NCBI RefSeq assembly: GCF_018977255.1
Contig: NW_024705514.1
Location: 1-37,888, forward strand
Source: Callorhinchus milii
Lineage: Eukaryota
Length of the DNA: 37,888 nucleotides
Direction of reading: 5' to 3'
In this document: piece after piece, positions 23,866-33,571 of the stretch
How positions within the stretch are numbered: position 1 is the first letter of the stretch
How the letters are laid out: each line of letters starts with the position of its first letter
The notes under the pieces: model-generated
Database searches by the model: none
What the model was told of the DNA's origin: nothing
Seen by the model: only the letters and a program-made list of their open reading frames with translations
Translations under genes and position numbers: made by a program

Positions 23866-24344
23866 TGTAGTGTAGTAGAACAACACTACTGTATTGGCTC
23901 GGTATGGGGGCTGTAGGCAGGCGTCACGGGGTCGTGTCGGGCCGTGACACTCTGCGTGAACCAACAGGACACGTGACCGGATAAAGGGGGGCAGGGCCCC
24001 AGGGGAGTCACGTGGTTGCGGTTCGGGCCTTCCCGAAGGATCGGGAAGGGGGGCGCGGCCTGGAGCGGAGCCGGCCACGCCGGAGTGGTTATAAGCGGGC
24101 TGTGGACGGAGAGCTGGGCTGATCTGGGCTGTTCTGCTCTGCTGCTGGGTCATCTCTGGGATGAAGCTCTCCGGTCTCCGCTAGTGGACCAGGCAGCGTG
24201 TGGGGCTGTGTAGTACCCCCGTGTGTTAAGTTAGGAAAGGTGGCTACTACCTTAAGTCGTTATGTTAAGTGTTAATTGTTGTGTTATCTAATAAATAGTG
24301 TTGCCTCCAAAGTTCCAGTGTGCGTCTGAATTTAAGCCACTACA
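23866..24344 (+). mobile_element. Solo LTR, Gypsy-type
   Basis: TGTAGTG...CACTACA termini, 4-bp TSD CTTT, TATAA at ~24090, AATAAA at ~24290. Confidence 0.85.
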
Positions 24345-24401
24345 CTTTTGTGTGGACATGAGAAGCAACTTAGGTTTACAAACCTGTCCTGGTTTTTTCA
24401 G

Positions 24402-24439
24402 GATCATCGTGTTGTTGAGGTAGCTTGCCCGGACAATCC
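24402..24439 (+). CDS. Putative exon of unidentified gene (DHRVVEVACPDNP)
   Basis: ttttttcag acceptor, CC|gtaagt donor, phase 0-2. Confidence 0.5.
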
Positions 24440-24713
24440 GTAAGTCTATCGGTGACAACTACCAGGTTTTGTCAGTTGTGTAAACATGTACAGTAGTTCT
24501 CGCCTCTTCTGGTATTATGAGATGTTTTTCCTCTCCATTGTGTGTCCTGGATTATTTCTAAAGGTGCCAATTATCGAAGCAACACAAAAAGTTGGCAAAC
24601 TCATCTTTACAATCTGTGTTTATCCGGCATTACTCAGGAAAGAGGAAAGCAATGTTATTTTAAATGTTTGGTGACAAACCATTCACATTTCTCTTTTTAA
24701 TATTTACGTAACA

Positions 24714-25254
24714 TACTCTTTGGTTCTTTCGGTAAAGTCACGTAGGTATAAAATAAAATAAATCACGACGTTTGGGCGCAACACAAGCATCCATTATCAA
24801 TGTTTTCCCACCTGATGATGGACGCTTGTTGCGCCCGAAACGTCGTGATTTATTTTATTTTTAAATCCTTTATATTAAGTTCGCTTGCTTGCTTACGACC
24901 GTGCAAATCTTTCGGTCGTTTTTAACCCACTTCCCGTGATCCAATCGAGCTGACATTTTCCACACAGACTCGTTGTGCGTGACAATGTTCGTGAAAATTT
25001 TTTTCCTAAATTTTACACTTTATAGGACAAAAATATTATATTTAATTACAATTGCTTAATGGTGCAATGCAATCATCTGACCCATAGGTGGCAGCCATCT
25101 CAAGCCAGAAGACGAGAGGACTCTAGCCGCCACGCATATAAAGGATTTATAGTGAAAAACTTAGTTTTTACGGGTTATACTTGTATACCTACATGGCTTT
25201 ACCGAAAGAACCAAAGAGTATGGATTCCTGCAGTCACGAAAGCTTCAAATCAAG
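24714..25254. mobile_element. Inverted Penelope pLTR insertion with hammerhead (24809-24848, +), interrupted by a Helentron-like element
   Basis: TSD atttac(g/a)taaca at 24702-24713 and 25255-25266; CAC-CTGATGA-tGGACGC.TTGTT.GCGCCC-GAAA-CGTC-GTGA; pLTR resumes at ~25187. Confidence 0.75.
24860..25184 (+). mobile_element. Helentron/DINE-1-like element, copy 3 (complete, nested)
   Basis: Starts tttaaatcctttatattaag, ends atataaaggatttatagtgaaaaacttagtttttacgggttatacttgt; no TSD seen. Confidence 0.7.
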
Positions 25255-25452
25255 ATTTACATAACACTACATCTTTATATAAATGCCCGCTATAACTACC
25301 AAATAAAGTTTCATTACTTTGCCGTTGTTGGACTTTGAGATGACGTGACAAACATGTTGCGATTGTGCCCCCCTCGCCCCCAACTATAACCTGCTGCTTA
25401 TGTTACAACCACAGTATGACAATTACTATGATCTTGCTGTCTGTGTTCACAG

Positions 25453-25549
25453 ATTCTTCACAATAATGGCTTACATGTCCAGCCTATCTGAGATTTCTCC
25501 CTTTACCCTGGTTCTGACATTGGCTGCCTTCATTTTGTCTGCAATGTGA
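25453..25549 (+). CDS. Putative terminal coding exon (FFTIMAYMSSLSEISPFTLVLTLAAFILSAM*), GPI-signal-like
   Basis: gtgttcacag acceptor, phase-2 join completes Pro; hydrophobic tail then TGA; AATAAA at ~25645; an alternative AT|gtgagt donor overlaps the stop. Confidence 0.5.
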
Positions 25550-25912
25550 GTGCTTTCCGCTTTACTTGAATGGTTTTATATTGTCATGATAAAATGTCAC
25601 GAAATAAGGTACTACAGCATGTTTTATTATATATTTTGCAAAAAAATAAAGGCGTGTGATATGAAACGTCTATGAAATATGATAATTAATAGGAAGTGTG
25701 AACAGATATATATAAAACAGACAATATGTATGCAACTATTTTTGCCCATGGTGGATACCTATCATTTGTCACCCTAGGTGGTACCAAACAAACCCCATTG
25801 GATAATGGGATGTATATATATTTCTCTAGTCATGACTTGATTCAATAACAGTACTCTATTTCTAACCTTTGACAATGGGCTGTAACATTTGTAATCAGAG
25901 TGCTTCTAACCT

Positions 25913-26100
25913 TGGGTGAGCGGTGAAGCAGTGGTTATCACACCATACTTTGAACCTAGCCAACTGGAGTTTGATTTCTGGATATGGACAACATCAGTGG
26001 TGAGTGACAATTGAAACAGTCCTTGGCGGACCTCCAAATTTCACCAAGCCCGCGCTCACCAGCTTGCGGAAGTATGGTCAAAACAACCACTGTGGCTGCC
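25913..26100 (+). mobile_element. Degenerate tRNA-derived SINE
   Basis: A-box-like ggtgaagcagtggtta and B-box-like gagtttgatttc. Confidence 0.35.
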
Positions 26101-26475
26101 ACAGTATACGAGATCAAATAGTAGTGGATTTACAGAAAGGGCTTTGTTGTATATTATTACTATGATTATTTCTAACCTTATAAAACTCACTCACACATCA
26201 TACACTGGAGTGTCATGCTGCCAGATATGGTTGCAAGTTTGGTCGTACATGTTATGTATATCGTTTATTGTTAAATTTGAATCAAAGTTCCTATGATTAC
26301 TGTTGCTACATTGTATTTTATAGCTTTATTTTGGTGATTTTGAAAACATATGGTTAAGCCATGTTTCGATTTAAAGCTTTCGTGACTGCAGGGATTCATC
26401 TTCTTGGTTCTTTCGGTAAAGTCACGTAGAAGGGAAGTAATAAAATAATAAAAATAAAACATAATAAAACAATTC

Positions 26476-26518
26476 TCACGACGTTTCGGCCACAACGCAA
26501 GCAGCCGTCCTCAGGTGA
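26476..26518 (-). ncRNA. Minimal type I hammerhead ribozyme in the pLTR
   Basis: Identical to 13005-13047. Confidence 0.85.
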
Positions 26519-27069
26519 AGAATGAGACAATGCCAAGCTAGGAGCTTATATATAAGCTGCGTTGGAGGTGGAAGAAAGAGTGCCTTAACAAAAGAATGTG
26601 CATATGAAGAGGAATTTAGCATATTCATGGAAAATGCGTAGGAGGTGGGCGGGGGGGTTTCAAAGTCATATTATGCCCATGCATTATGCAGGATCAACAG
26701 CACCAAGGGGGGGTGCAGGGATTAGCAGTAACAAAGGAAAGGAATGTTAATGATATGTAGCTGCAGTTACTCAACAACCACGTAGAAAACTAAAGTATAA
26801 ACTACATAAAAAACTAAAGTATAAACTGCATAGCACCATCAGTATACTTACTATACTCTACACTAAGCTGAGTTACTAACAGCAAGTAATACATTACAAT
26901 TCTACGTCGTAAAAATTATATAATATGCTTCCATCTAAACTTTATTCTATTGTATCACACGAGCATATACCGTACTATATACTGCCAACATTAAATTATA
27001 TACTGTATTGCTGTAAACCAACCTATATCTTATACATTTAATATAACACTATGTATTATTCTACCCACC

Positions 27070-28614
27070 CTAATGTGTGTCGAAATGGTTTATTACGTCC
27101 TTCCAATGATTGCTAAGCCAGAATCCATCTTCTCGGTTAAAATTGTCTCTGTGTTTGTATATGTGGATCGCCTCATGAACGAATCTCTCATGATAGCCAG
27201 ATGGCTTGCAGAGAACCTCTGTCTTGGAGAAGTCAATATCATGTGAGCCCACTGAGTTGTAACAGTGATCTGCCACGGCTGAGGTGTTTGTCCTACCGTG
27301 TTTCAGGTCAGCTTTATGTTCACGGATGCGGTCCGAGACATGTCGTTTGGTTTCCCCAATGTAACTGCTACCACAGAGGCAACTTAGTTTGTAGACGCCA
27401 GGGTACTGTATGTCTGGAACCACATCTTTTACAGACGGTACCAGATCACGGATTTTATGTACTGTGTTGAATCGGACCTGGATCTTGTGTTTAATCAGGA
27501 TTTTGGAGATCTTTTTTGTGACCCCAGCAATGTAGGGTAAGGTGATGGTCTTGAAAGGCTCCTCAACAGGATCCTTCTTGATGGTTGGAGTGATGGCTTT
27601 GCGGATTGTGTAGTCGGAGTAACCATTAGCCTTAAGAGCTTGGCGTACGTGTTTGAGTTCACTGGAAATGTGTTCATGGTCGGAGATGCATTGGGCTCTA
27701 TGATATAGAGTCTTGATGAGGGAATTCTTCTGGGATGGATGGTGGTGGGAATCCGGTTTTAGATAAGCATCCGTGTGGGTGGCTTTCCTGTAGACAGAGT
27801 GGCTCATTGAACCATCAGGTCTCCTTTTGATTAGGACATCCAAAAAGGGTAGCTTGCCATCATTTTCGACTTCCATGGTGAATCTGATGGCTGGGTGTAT
27901 GGAATTGATGTGGTCGAGAAATTGGTCTAGAGCAGGCCGGCCATGTGGCCAGATGACAAAAGTGTCGTCTACGTACCTCTTCCATAAGGTCGGGCGTAGA
28001 GTGGCAGTCTGGATGGCGTCCGTCTCAAATTTCTCCATGAAGATGTTGGCTACAACCGGAGATAGGGGGGAGCCCATTGGGGTGCCCTCAATTTGCTTGT
28101 AGAAGGTTCCATTCCAGGTGAAGTATGTATTGGTTAAGCAGTGTCTCACCAGGGGGGGTACCCCAGCATTCAGTCCTTGATGAACCAAGTCTTCAATGAT
28201 TGCGATGGTGTCAGGCACAGGCACCTTGGTGAACAAGGAAACCACATCAAAACTGACAAGCAGGTCGTCTGGGGACAGGGCAATCCCCTTGATTGTCGAT
28301 ACCAGGTCAGTAGAGTTTAGTACTGCAGAGGTGGTTTTTCCAGTGAAAGGCCGTAGGATTTCGGACAAAAAACGAGCCAGTTTGTAAGTGGGGGAGTTGA
28401 TAGTAGAGACAATGGGACGAAGAGGTGTATCTTCTTTATGTATCTTTGGCAAGCCGTACAATCTTGGTGGCCTGGCTGCAGAAGGTTTCAACGAGAACTG
28501 TTTGGTCTGATCAATTAATGCGGTTGAAGCAGAAATGATGTTGTTGGTTTTGGAGACGAGGCTGTTGGTGGGGTCTCTTTTTATTTTTGTATAGCTGCCA
28601 TCATTGAGCAGATC
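27070..28614 (-). CDS. Penelope reverse transcriptase + GIY-YIG endonuclease (N-terminus missing)
   Basis: LYGLPKIHK, PLRPIVS, SFDVVSLFT, GTPMGSPLSP, RYVDDTF, LPFLDV, GVYKLSCLCGSSYIGET, NFNREDG; frame stays open upstream of the TTG at 28491 (DLLNDGSYTKIKRDPT); no internal stops. Confidence 0.95.
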   Translation of the reverse strand, partial: DLLNDGSYTKIKRDPTNSLVSKTNNIISASTALIDQTKQFSLKPSAARPPRLYGLPKIHKEDTPLRPIVSTINSPTYKLARFLSEILRPFTGKTTSAVLNSTDLVSTIKGIALSPDDLLVSFDVVSLFTKVPVPDTIAIIEDLVHQGLNAGVPPLVRHCLTNTYFTWNGTFYKQIEGTPMGSPLSPVVANIFMEKFETDAIQTATLRPTLWKRYVDDTFVIWPHGRPALDQFLDHINSIHPAIRFTMEVENDGKLPFLDVLIKRRPDGSMSHSVYRKATHTDAYLKPDSHHHPSQKNSLIKTLYHRAQCISDHEHISSELKHVRQALKANGYSDYTIRKAITPTIKKDPVEEPFKTITLPYIAGVTKKISKILIKHKIQVRFNTVHKIRDLVPSVKDVVPDIQYPGVYKLSCLCGSSYIGETKRHVSDRIREHKADLKHGRTNTSAVADHCYNSVGSHDIDFSKTEVLCKPSGYHERFVHEAIHIYKHRDNFNREDGFWLSNHWKDVINHFDTH

Positions 28615-28941
28615 CTGCTTGAGGATTCTGGAAGGTGGGCGTGGCCAAGGGTGGAGCCAGCGACGCCGCAGAGAATATCAGCCGGGTCCCCCAGAGGGAC
28701 CGGCGTTGTTGTTCATCCTGAAGAAACTTTCGTCTACGTTCTACCGAGTCTCCAACACGTGGACCTGGACCCGAGCTGTGGTCCGGTCCATAGTAGCTAG
28801 TTACGTTATAATTAGTGTAGCTAGCCTGGTGGTCACCACCATAAGTTTTTATTCTCTTAAGGGGCAGTTACCCCGTGTGTTGGAGTTAAATAAATGTGTT
28901 GCCTCCAATAGTACGTCTGTGACTCGGTTGAACTCACTACA
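28615..28941 (+). mobile_element. 3' part of a Gypsy-type LTR
   Basis: aataaatgtgttgcctccaa and CACTACA end shared with 23866-24344; 5' end absent. Confidence 0.7.
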
Positions 28942-28983
28942 CATGTAACATTGTTCTGCCCTTTTTTTGCTGTTACCTTTAAG

Positions 28984-29126
28984 GCAAACATGGGCTGCCA
29001 CCTAAAGACACCGTGGACACTGTGAAGCAAGTCTTAGACAAGTGCACTGGACTGGAGTTCTTTGGATTGATGACAATCGGAATGTATGGACATGACCTGT
29101 CTCAGGGACCCAACCCAGACTTTCAG
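28984..29126 (+). CDS. PLPBP: PLPBP/PROSC exon ([47 protein letters not shown])
   Basis: YggS-family GLMTIG motif; matches human [20 protein letters not shown]; tttaag/gtaaca. Confidence 0.95.
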
Positions 29127-29169
29127 GTAACACCTACGGAATGTGTCTTACACAAACTTCTTGTTGCAT

Positions 29170-29529
29170 TCTAGATTTGAAGCTTTCGTGACTGCAAGGA
29201 TTCATATTCTTAGGTTTTTTCGGTAAAGTCACGTAGGTAAAAAATGTAAATTAATAAAAAGTAAAATAAAACAAAATAAAAAATCACGACGTTTCGTAAG
29301 CAACACAAGCCTCCGTCTTCAGGTGGAACCGTCACAGCCACGACAGCTGTATCAAGTGATCTCTCATTTACTTGATACAGCTGTCGTGGCTGTGACGGTT
29401 CCACCTGAAGACGGAGGCTTATGTTGCTTCCGAAACGTCGTGATTTTTAATTTTGTTTTATTTTACTTTTTATTAATTTACATTTTTTACCTACGTGACT
29501 TTACCGAAAAAACCTAAGAATATGAATTA
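29170..29529. mobile_element. Fold-back pair of Penelope pLTRs, 158-bp arms, hammerhead on each strand
   Basis: Arms 29200-29357 and 29370-29527; hammerheads at 29284-29326 (-) and 29401-29443 (+); TSD ttgttgcat at 29161-29169 and 29530-29538. Confidence 0.9.
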
Positions 29530-29691
29530 TTGTTGCATATTAAAGTTATATAAGAGTTCAGTCGTGGATTTGCAATGAGCTGATTTTGAGACAATGTAGT
29601 ACACAAAACAGGCTTTCGGCAATAAAACACGAGTGTAGCCCGCGTGCTATTAATATTAATACGTGTGTGTGTGCACCTCTGTTTGGAACAG

Positions 29692-29790
29692 AAATTGTTG
29701 GCTTGCCGTGTCAACTTGTGTGAGAAGCTTGGATTGAAGCCTGAGACCATTCAAATGAGCATGGGGATGTCAGGAGACTTTGAGCATGCG
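29692..29790 (+). CDS. PLPBP: PLPBP exon (KLLACRVNLCEKLGLKPETIQMSMGMSGDFEHA)
   Basis: SMGMSxD PLP-binding motif; aacag/gtaaga; phase 0-0. Confidence 0.95.
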
Positions 29791-29983
29791 GTAAGAGGGT
29801 ACCTGTCACGCCATGCACAGTTGTTTTCCTTTAAATGCTCGCACATGCCCTGTCCTACTTGTGAATCACAAATCGTGCACAGAGAACAACTGTAATAAGG
29901 CCGAGTGCACATGTTCAAAGATCGCACCCCAGGTTCTTGCGTATTTTGCAGAGACAAATGTTGCGGTCTTTTGCTTCCGTCAG

Positions 29984-30106
29984 ATTGAAGTCGGGGCCAC
30001 GAGCATCCGGGTTGGCAGCACGATCTTCGGAGAGCGGGACTACGGAAACAAGGGAGCGAACAAAGGTAGCGACGGAGAGGAGGAGAGGGGTTCTGCCGGA
30101 AGATAA
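29984..30106 (+). CDS. PLPBP: PLPBP last coding exon (IEVGATSIRVGSTIFGERDY...GR*)
   Basis: RVGSTIFGER motif; ttccgtcag acceptor; TAA stop. Confidence 0.95.
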   Translation: MEVGATSIRVGSTIFGERDYGNKGANKGSDGEEERGSAGR

Positions 30107-30548
30107 AACCAAACTCCCGCCGCCATGCTGTTTGTCATGGAACCTTGCTGTTTCAGAACAGTGCTGGACTTGAGTGCTTGCTATCGCGGATTTTGAGCGC
30201 TTTAAGGATGCGGTAACAATTGTATGATTCTTCATTCGAAATCTCGCTGGCTTTAAAGCGTTTGCACTTGGGCATGATGTTGTTGCTTTTGCTGGAAGTT
30301 TGGAAACAATATGCAGGCTGCCCATTGGTATTACAAAACACTCGAATAAGTTGAAATTCATGCATTGGAAATTCGCATTCGATTAATAATGTGTGAAGTG
30401 GTACATTCATGAATCCATTATTATAGTCATGTTTAGAGTCACTGCTCCATTGTGGTTCGTAAATTTGAATTTACCGAGTAAATGATTAAAGATCTGCATT
30501 TGTTAGTTAGGTGTAAATTTTACACTTTGCTAAACACTACAAGGGCAC

Positions 30549-30902
30549 ACCATTGGAACCTCATTTGTCAGAAGAAAAAATATGATAATTGGTTTTTTAC
30601 CCTTTTATCTGGCAACAACACTGACACCTTTTTTACAAGGAGGCATGTTTGCATAGACCACAATACCTGCAGTCGTAATGCAAACAAAAAACACGTAACT
30701 CTGATAATGTATGCACTGTCCTTGTGCAGTGCATACATTATCAGAGTTACATGTTTTTTGTAGTTGTGCAGTGCATCCATTATCAGAGTTATGTGTTTTT
30801 TGTTTGAATTACGACTGCAGGTATTGTGGTCTATGCACACATGACTCCTTGTAAAAAAGGTGTCAGTTTTGTTGCCAGATAAAAGGGTAAAAAACCAATT
30901 AT
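30549..30902. mobile_element. Family C element, copy 2, internally inverted, 14-bp TSD
   Basis: TSD cactacaagggcac at 30535-30548 and 30903-30916; ~30583-30718 inverted at ~30770-30904, plus a short duplicated inverted piece. Confidence 0.75.
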
Positions 30903-31819
30903 CACTACAAGGGCACGTGTTGCTTTCTGTTGTCATTCTGATTGTTTAATATTTCCTAGATTTGTAGCGTTCGCAGGATCCAATCACTTGAGTTTCCAGT
31001 TGCCTTGCAGTGAAACTCACATTTTGGAAGATTCCGGTTGATTTTCAATGACAACGCCAGGGTTGTTTACTTCAATAAAAGTTTTATGCATTACCAACAT
31101 TATTGTTGATTTTTCCAGTTAAGTCTTCAAAGTACACACAATTGGTGAGCTGCTTTCTAAGGTATCAATTATACATTCTTACGTTGGTGTTTTTCACATC
31201 CGCACGTACTTGTGCCCACATTTTTGTTATTTTTTTAATACTTCCATCAAAGCAGAACGCTTCATTAACACGTTTGAGAAGTTAGCAAAAAAAGAAATGC
31301 AAATTCCAAGGCAGACGTTGTAACTCTGAAGAAACACAACGCGTCACCCCCATGCATAAAACTGGCACAAGAGGATTACGCTGCTCAGTGGAGTAGTTGA
31401 AGATTAACCCGGGTTCGAGTCGACCATAAAAATGTGCTTTAGGTTGCAAAACAGCTTTTTCAAAATGTTTATATTGTCATTGAGTGTCACACTTGGAAGT
31501 GATTGTGTAAAATCAATATAGGTCTTTAGTTGTAATCCAATAGATCTTAATGAATAAATAATTATTATTATTTATATACAGTATTGGAGATTGGTAGTGC
31601 CAGTGGGTTGAATTGTAGGTATACTTTGCAGAAGTGCATGTGTTGTCTGACCCACGTATGGATCTGACTTCAGATGTGATTGTGCAACTTCATCTTCTGG
31701 GGCTGTTGTTTTCCACTGGCCGGGTGCACTACTCGCTGCGAGAGTTCGGAATGGGTCATGTATTTGTCTCATGATATCGCACTGAAAGCGCATTGGAATA
31801 TAAACTGAGCATTGAGACG

Positions 31820-32037
31820 GTGCTCATCGTCTGCTTACAGCCCTGAGCCAGTGGTGGAAATTCCCTATTTCTATGGCCAAAGTTAGTCTATCCACAGGAC
31901 AACCACTGTTGACTTCCCGACGAAGTGGAATTTATTTGATCTACTCCAAAGGGACGATGCGTTGAGCCAACCCCCGACCAGGATTTGTACTAACCTTCCA
32001 ATTGCGAACGGCTTGCTCCACCACTAAGCTAACTGGC
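31820..32037 (-). mobile_element. Degenerate tRNA-derived SINE
   Basis: - strand begins gccagttagcttagtggtggagcaag (A-box-like) followed by a SINE-like body. Confidence 0.35.
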
Positions 32038-33148
32038 AACGATATTGCGGTATATAATACATTTTAATTACATCCCGTTATCAATCCACTGATGAAGACC
32101 TTGCCATGCCATGTCGGTCATGGGGATTGCTTGACCATAATACAGGTTGGAACAACAGGTTTCACACTGCCCACCAGGGATTATTTGTCTGTCTGTCGTG
32201 CACGAATGCGCTGTCCAACCAAGTTCCTACCTGCCCACTCCGAAGGAACGTGTTTCACCACGCTTGGTCAGTGCAGAGTGGTAAAGGAGGGGGCCAGTGC
32301 TCAGGACCGGTTCTGGTATTGCTCGCCACTGTTATCTGACTGGAAATAAACATCGGTTTGCTGATGTTGTGGTTTAATGCACCAACTACAGAGCAATCGC
32401 TTCTTTTCACATTGGTGTATAACGGGGAAATAGATGTTAAAGTATTGCAACTTTTTGCAGAAGATTCCTCAGAGCTATGCCACAAGTCTGTGTGAGCAGG
32501 TACTTTTCAGTGAGAGTCACAGCATATGTAGGGAGGAGATGGCACACATTCTGTAAGAATGGATCTTCACGATGTTGATGCCATTTGAAGGTTGAGTGGA
32601 CCCAAGCTATTTTAGTTGGCTGCAGCATCTTTTATTCTGGACTGTACAAATTTCACGGTTTCACTTGTGATCACAGCTATTAGAGATGCACCATTTACAA
32701 ACTTATCAGGTCTTTGCTCAGGACCCAGTATACATATTCCTGGACCACGTTGTGTACATTGTTAAGGTCAGGGTAGAATAAAGATTAATTTAAATGCGAA
32801 CAATGCATTATCAGCTTAAAATTATCTTTTGGCATTATAAGTTAAAGCCAATACATTTATATTTTGACCAAGGTAAATAAGTTTGTTGAGTTTTTAAAGT
32901 AATTTAACGTTTAATCTGTCGGCCGAGACAGCTTTTCAGGTGAATGTTTTACGTTGGCGTTTGTTGGCATTTTGGCTATTGAGTTTTGATGACCGTCATG
33001 TAAAGGGAAATTTGCCATTGTGTGGCTCCAAGAGTCGTCAGTTACAGCATGCTGGGGTAATGCCAATCTTACTTTTAAATAGCCAATTACAACCACATCA
33101 TGGGACCTGGTACTCAAGCATTGAATGTCTCCCAGGGAGCAATACAAA

Positions 33149-33571
33149 TGTAGTGATACACTCAGAGACACTAGGAATAGAAGGCACTTTATTTATTTTA
33201 GCCTTTACAGGGTACAAGAGGTAACTACACTTTCAGTCAGGACAGCTAACCGACTGCCTGAAGGGGAAGGCGGTGATGAAGACTCCAGCAGCCCGACGGG
33301 ATTGAACTCCAAACAGCCCTGAACCTTCGCTCGGGGTCCCCTTTTATCCTCCTGGCGTGGCCTCGCTCCACCCCCAGCCACGCGCCCCTTCTGGAACCTA
33401 CTAGTGAGTTCCCGGGCTTACCTCACGTGCCCCCTCTATCACCTTTGCCCTACATCCCTCTCTCTGCTTATCACGTGACCTGCTGACAGACAGGGCTGCT
33501 GCAACTGCAGATCCCTTTCCCTGCCAGCAGCCAGCGCTATGCTCCATAGTGACCCATTCTCTGTCACTACA
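33149..33571 (-). mobile_element. Solo LTR, same superfamily as 23866-24344
   Basis: TGTAGTG...CACTACA termini; AATAAA on - strand at ~33190; TSD imperfect (caaa/catg). Confidence 0.7.

Larger units (their letters stand above)
26364..28614 (-). mobile_element. Penelope-like retroelement (family A), 5'-truncated, with 3' pLTR
   Basis: RT+GIY-YIG ORF, AT-rich 3' region, pLTR with TATATAA (~26550), hammerhead and GAAAGCTTTAAATCGAAA end. Confidence 0.95.

Noticed and set aside
24494..24563. Extra exon SSRLFWYYEMFFLSIVCPGLFLK
   Set aside because: Would need a 54-nt intron, has a weak acceptor and breaks phase with 25453
27070..28614. Selenoprotein-type (Naiad) Penelope
   Set aside because: No in-frame TGA in the retained ORF
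29210..29517. Two near-identical 64-aa ORFs on opposite strands
   Set aside because: Mirror images produced by the pLTR palindrome
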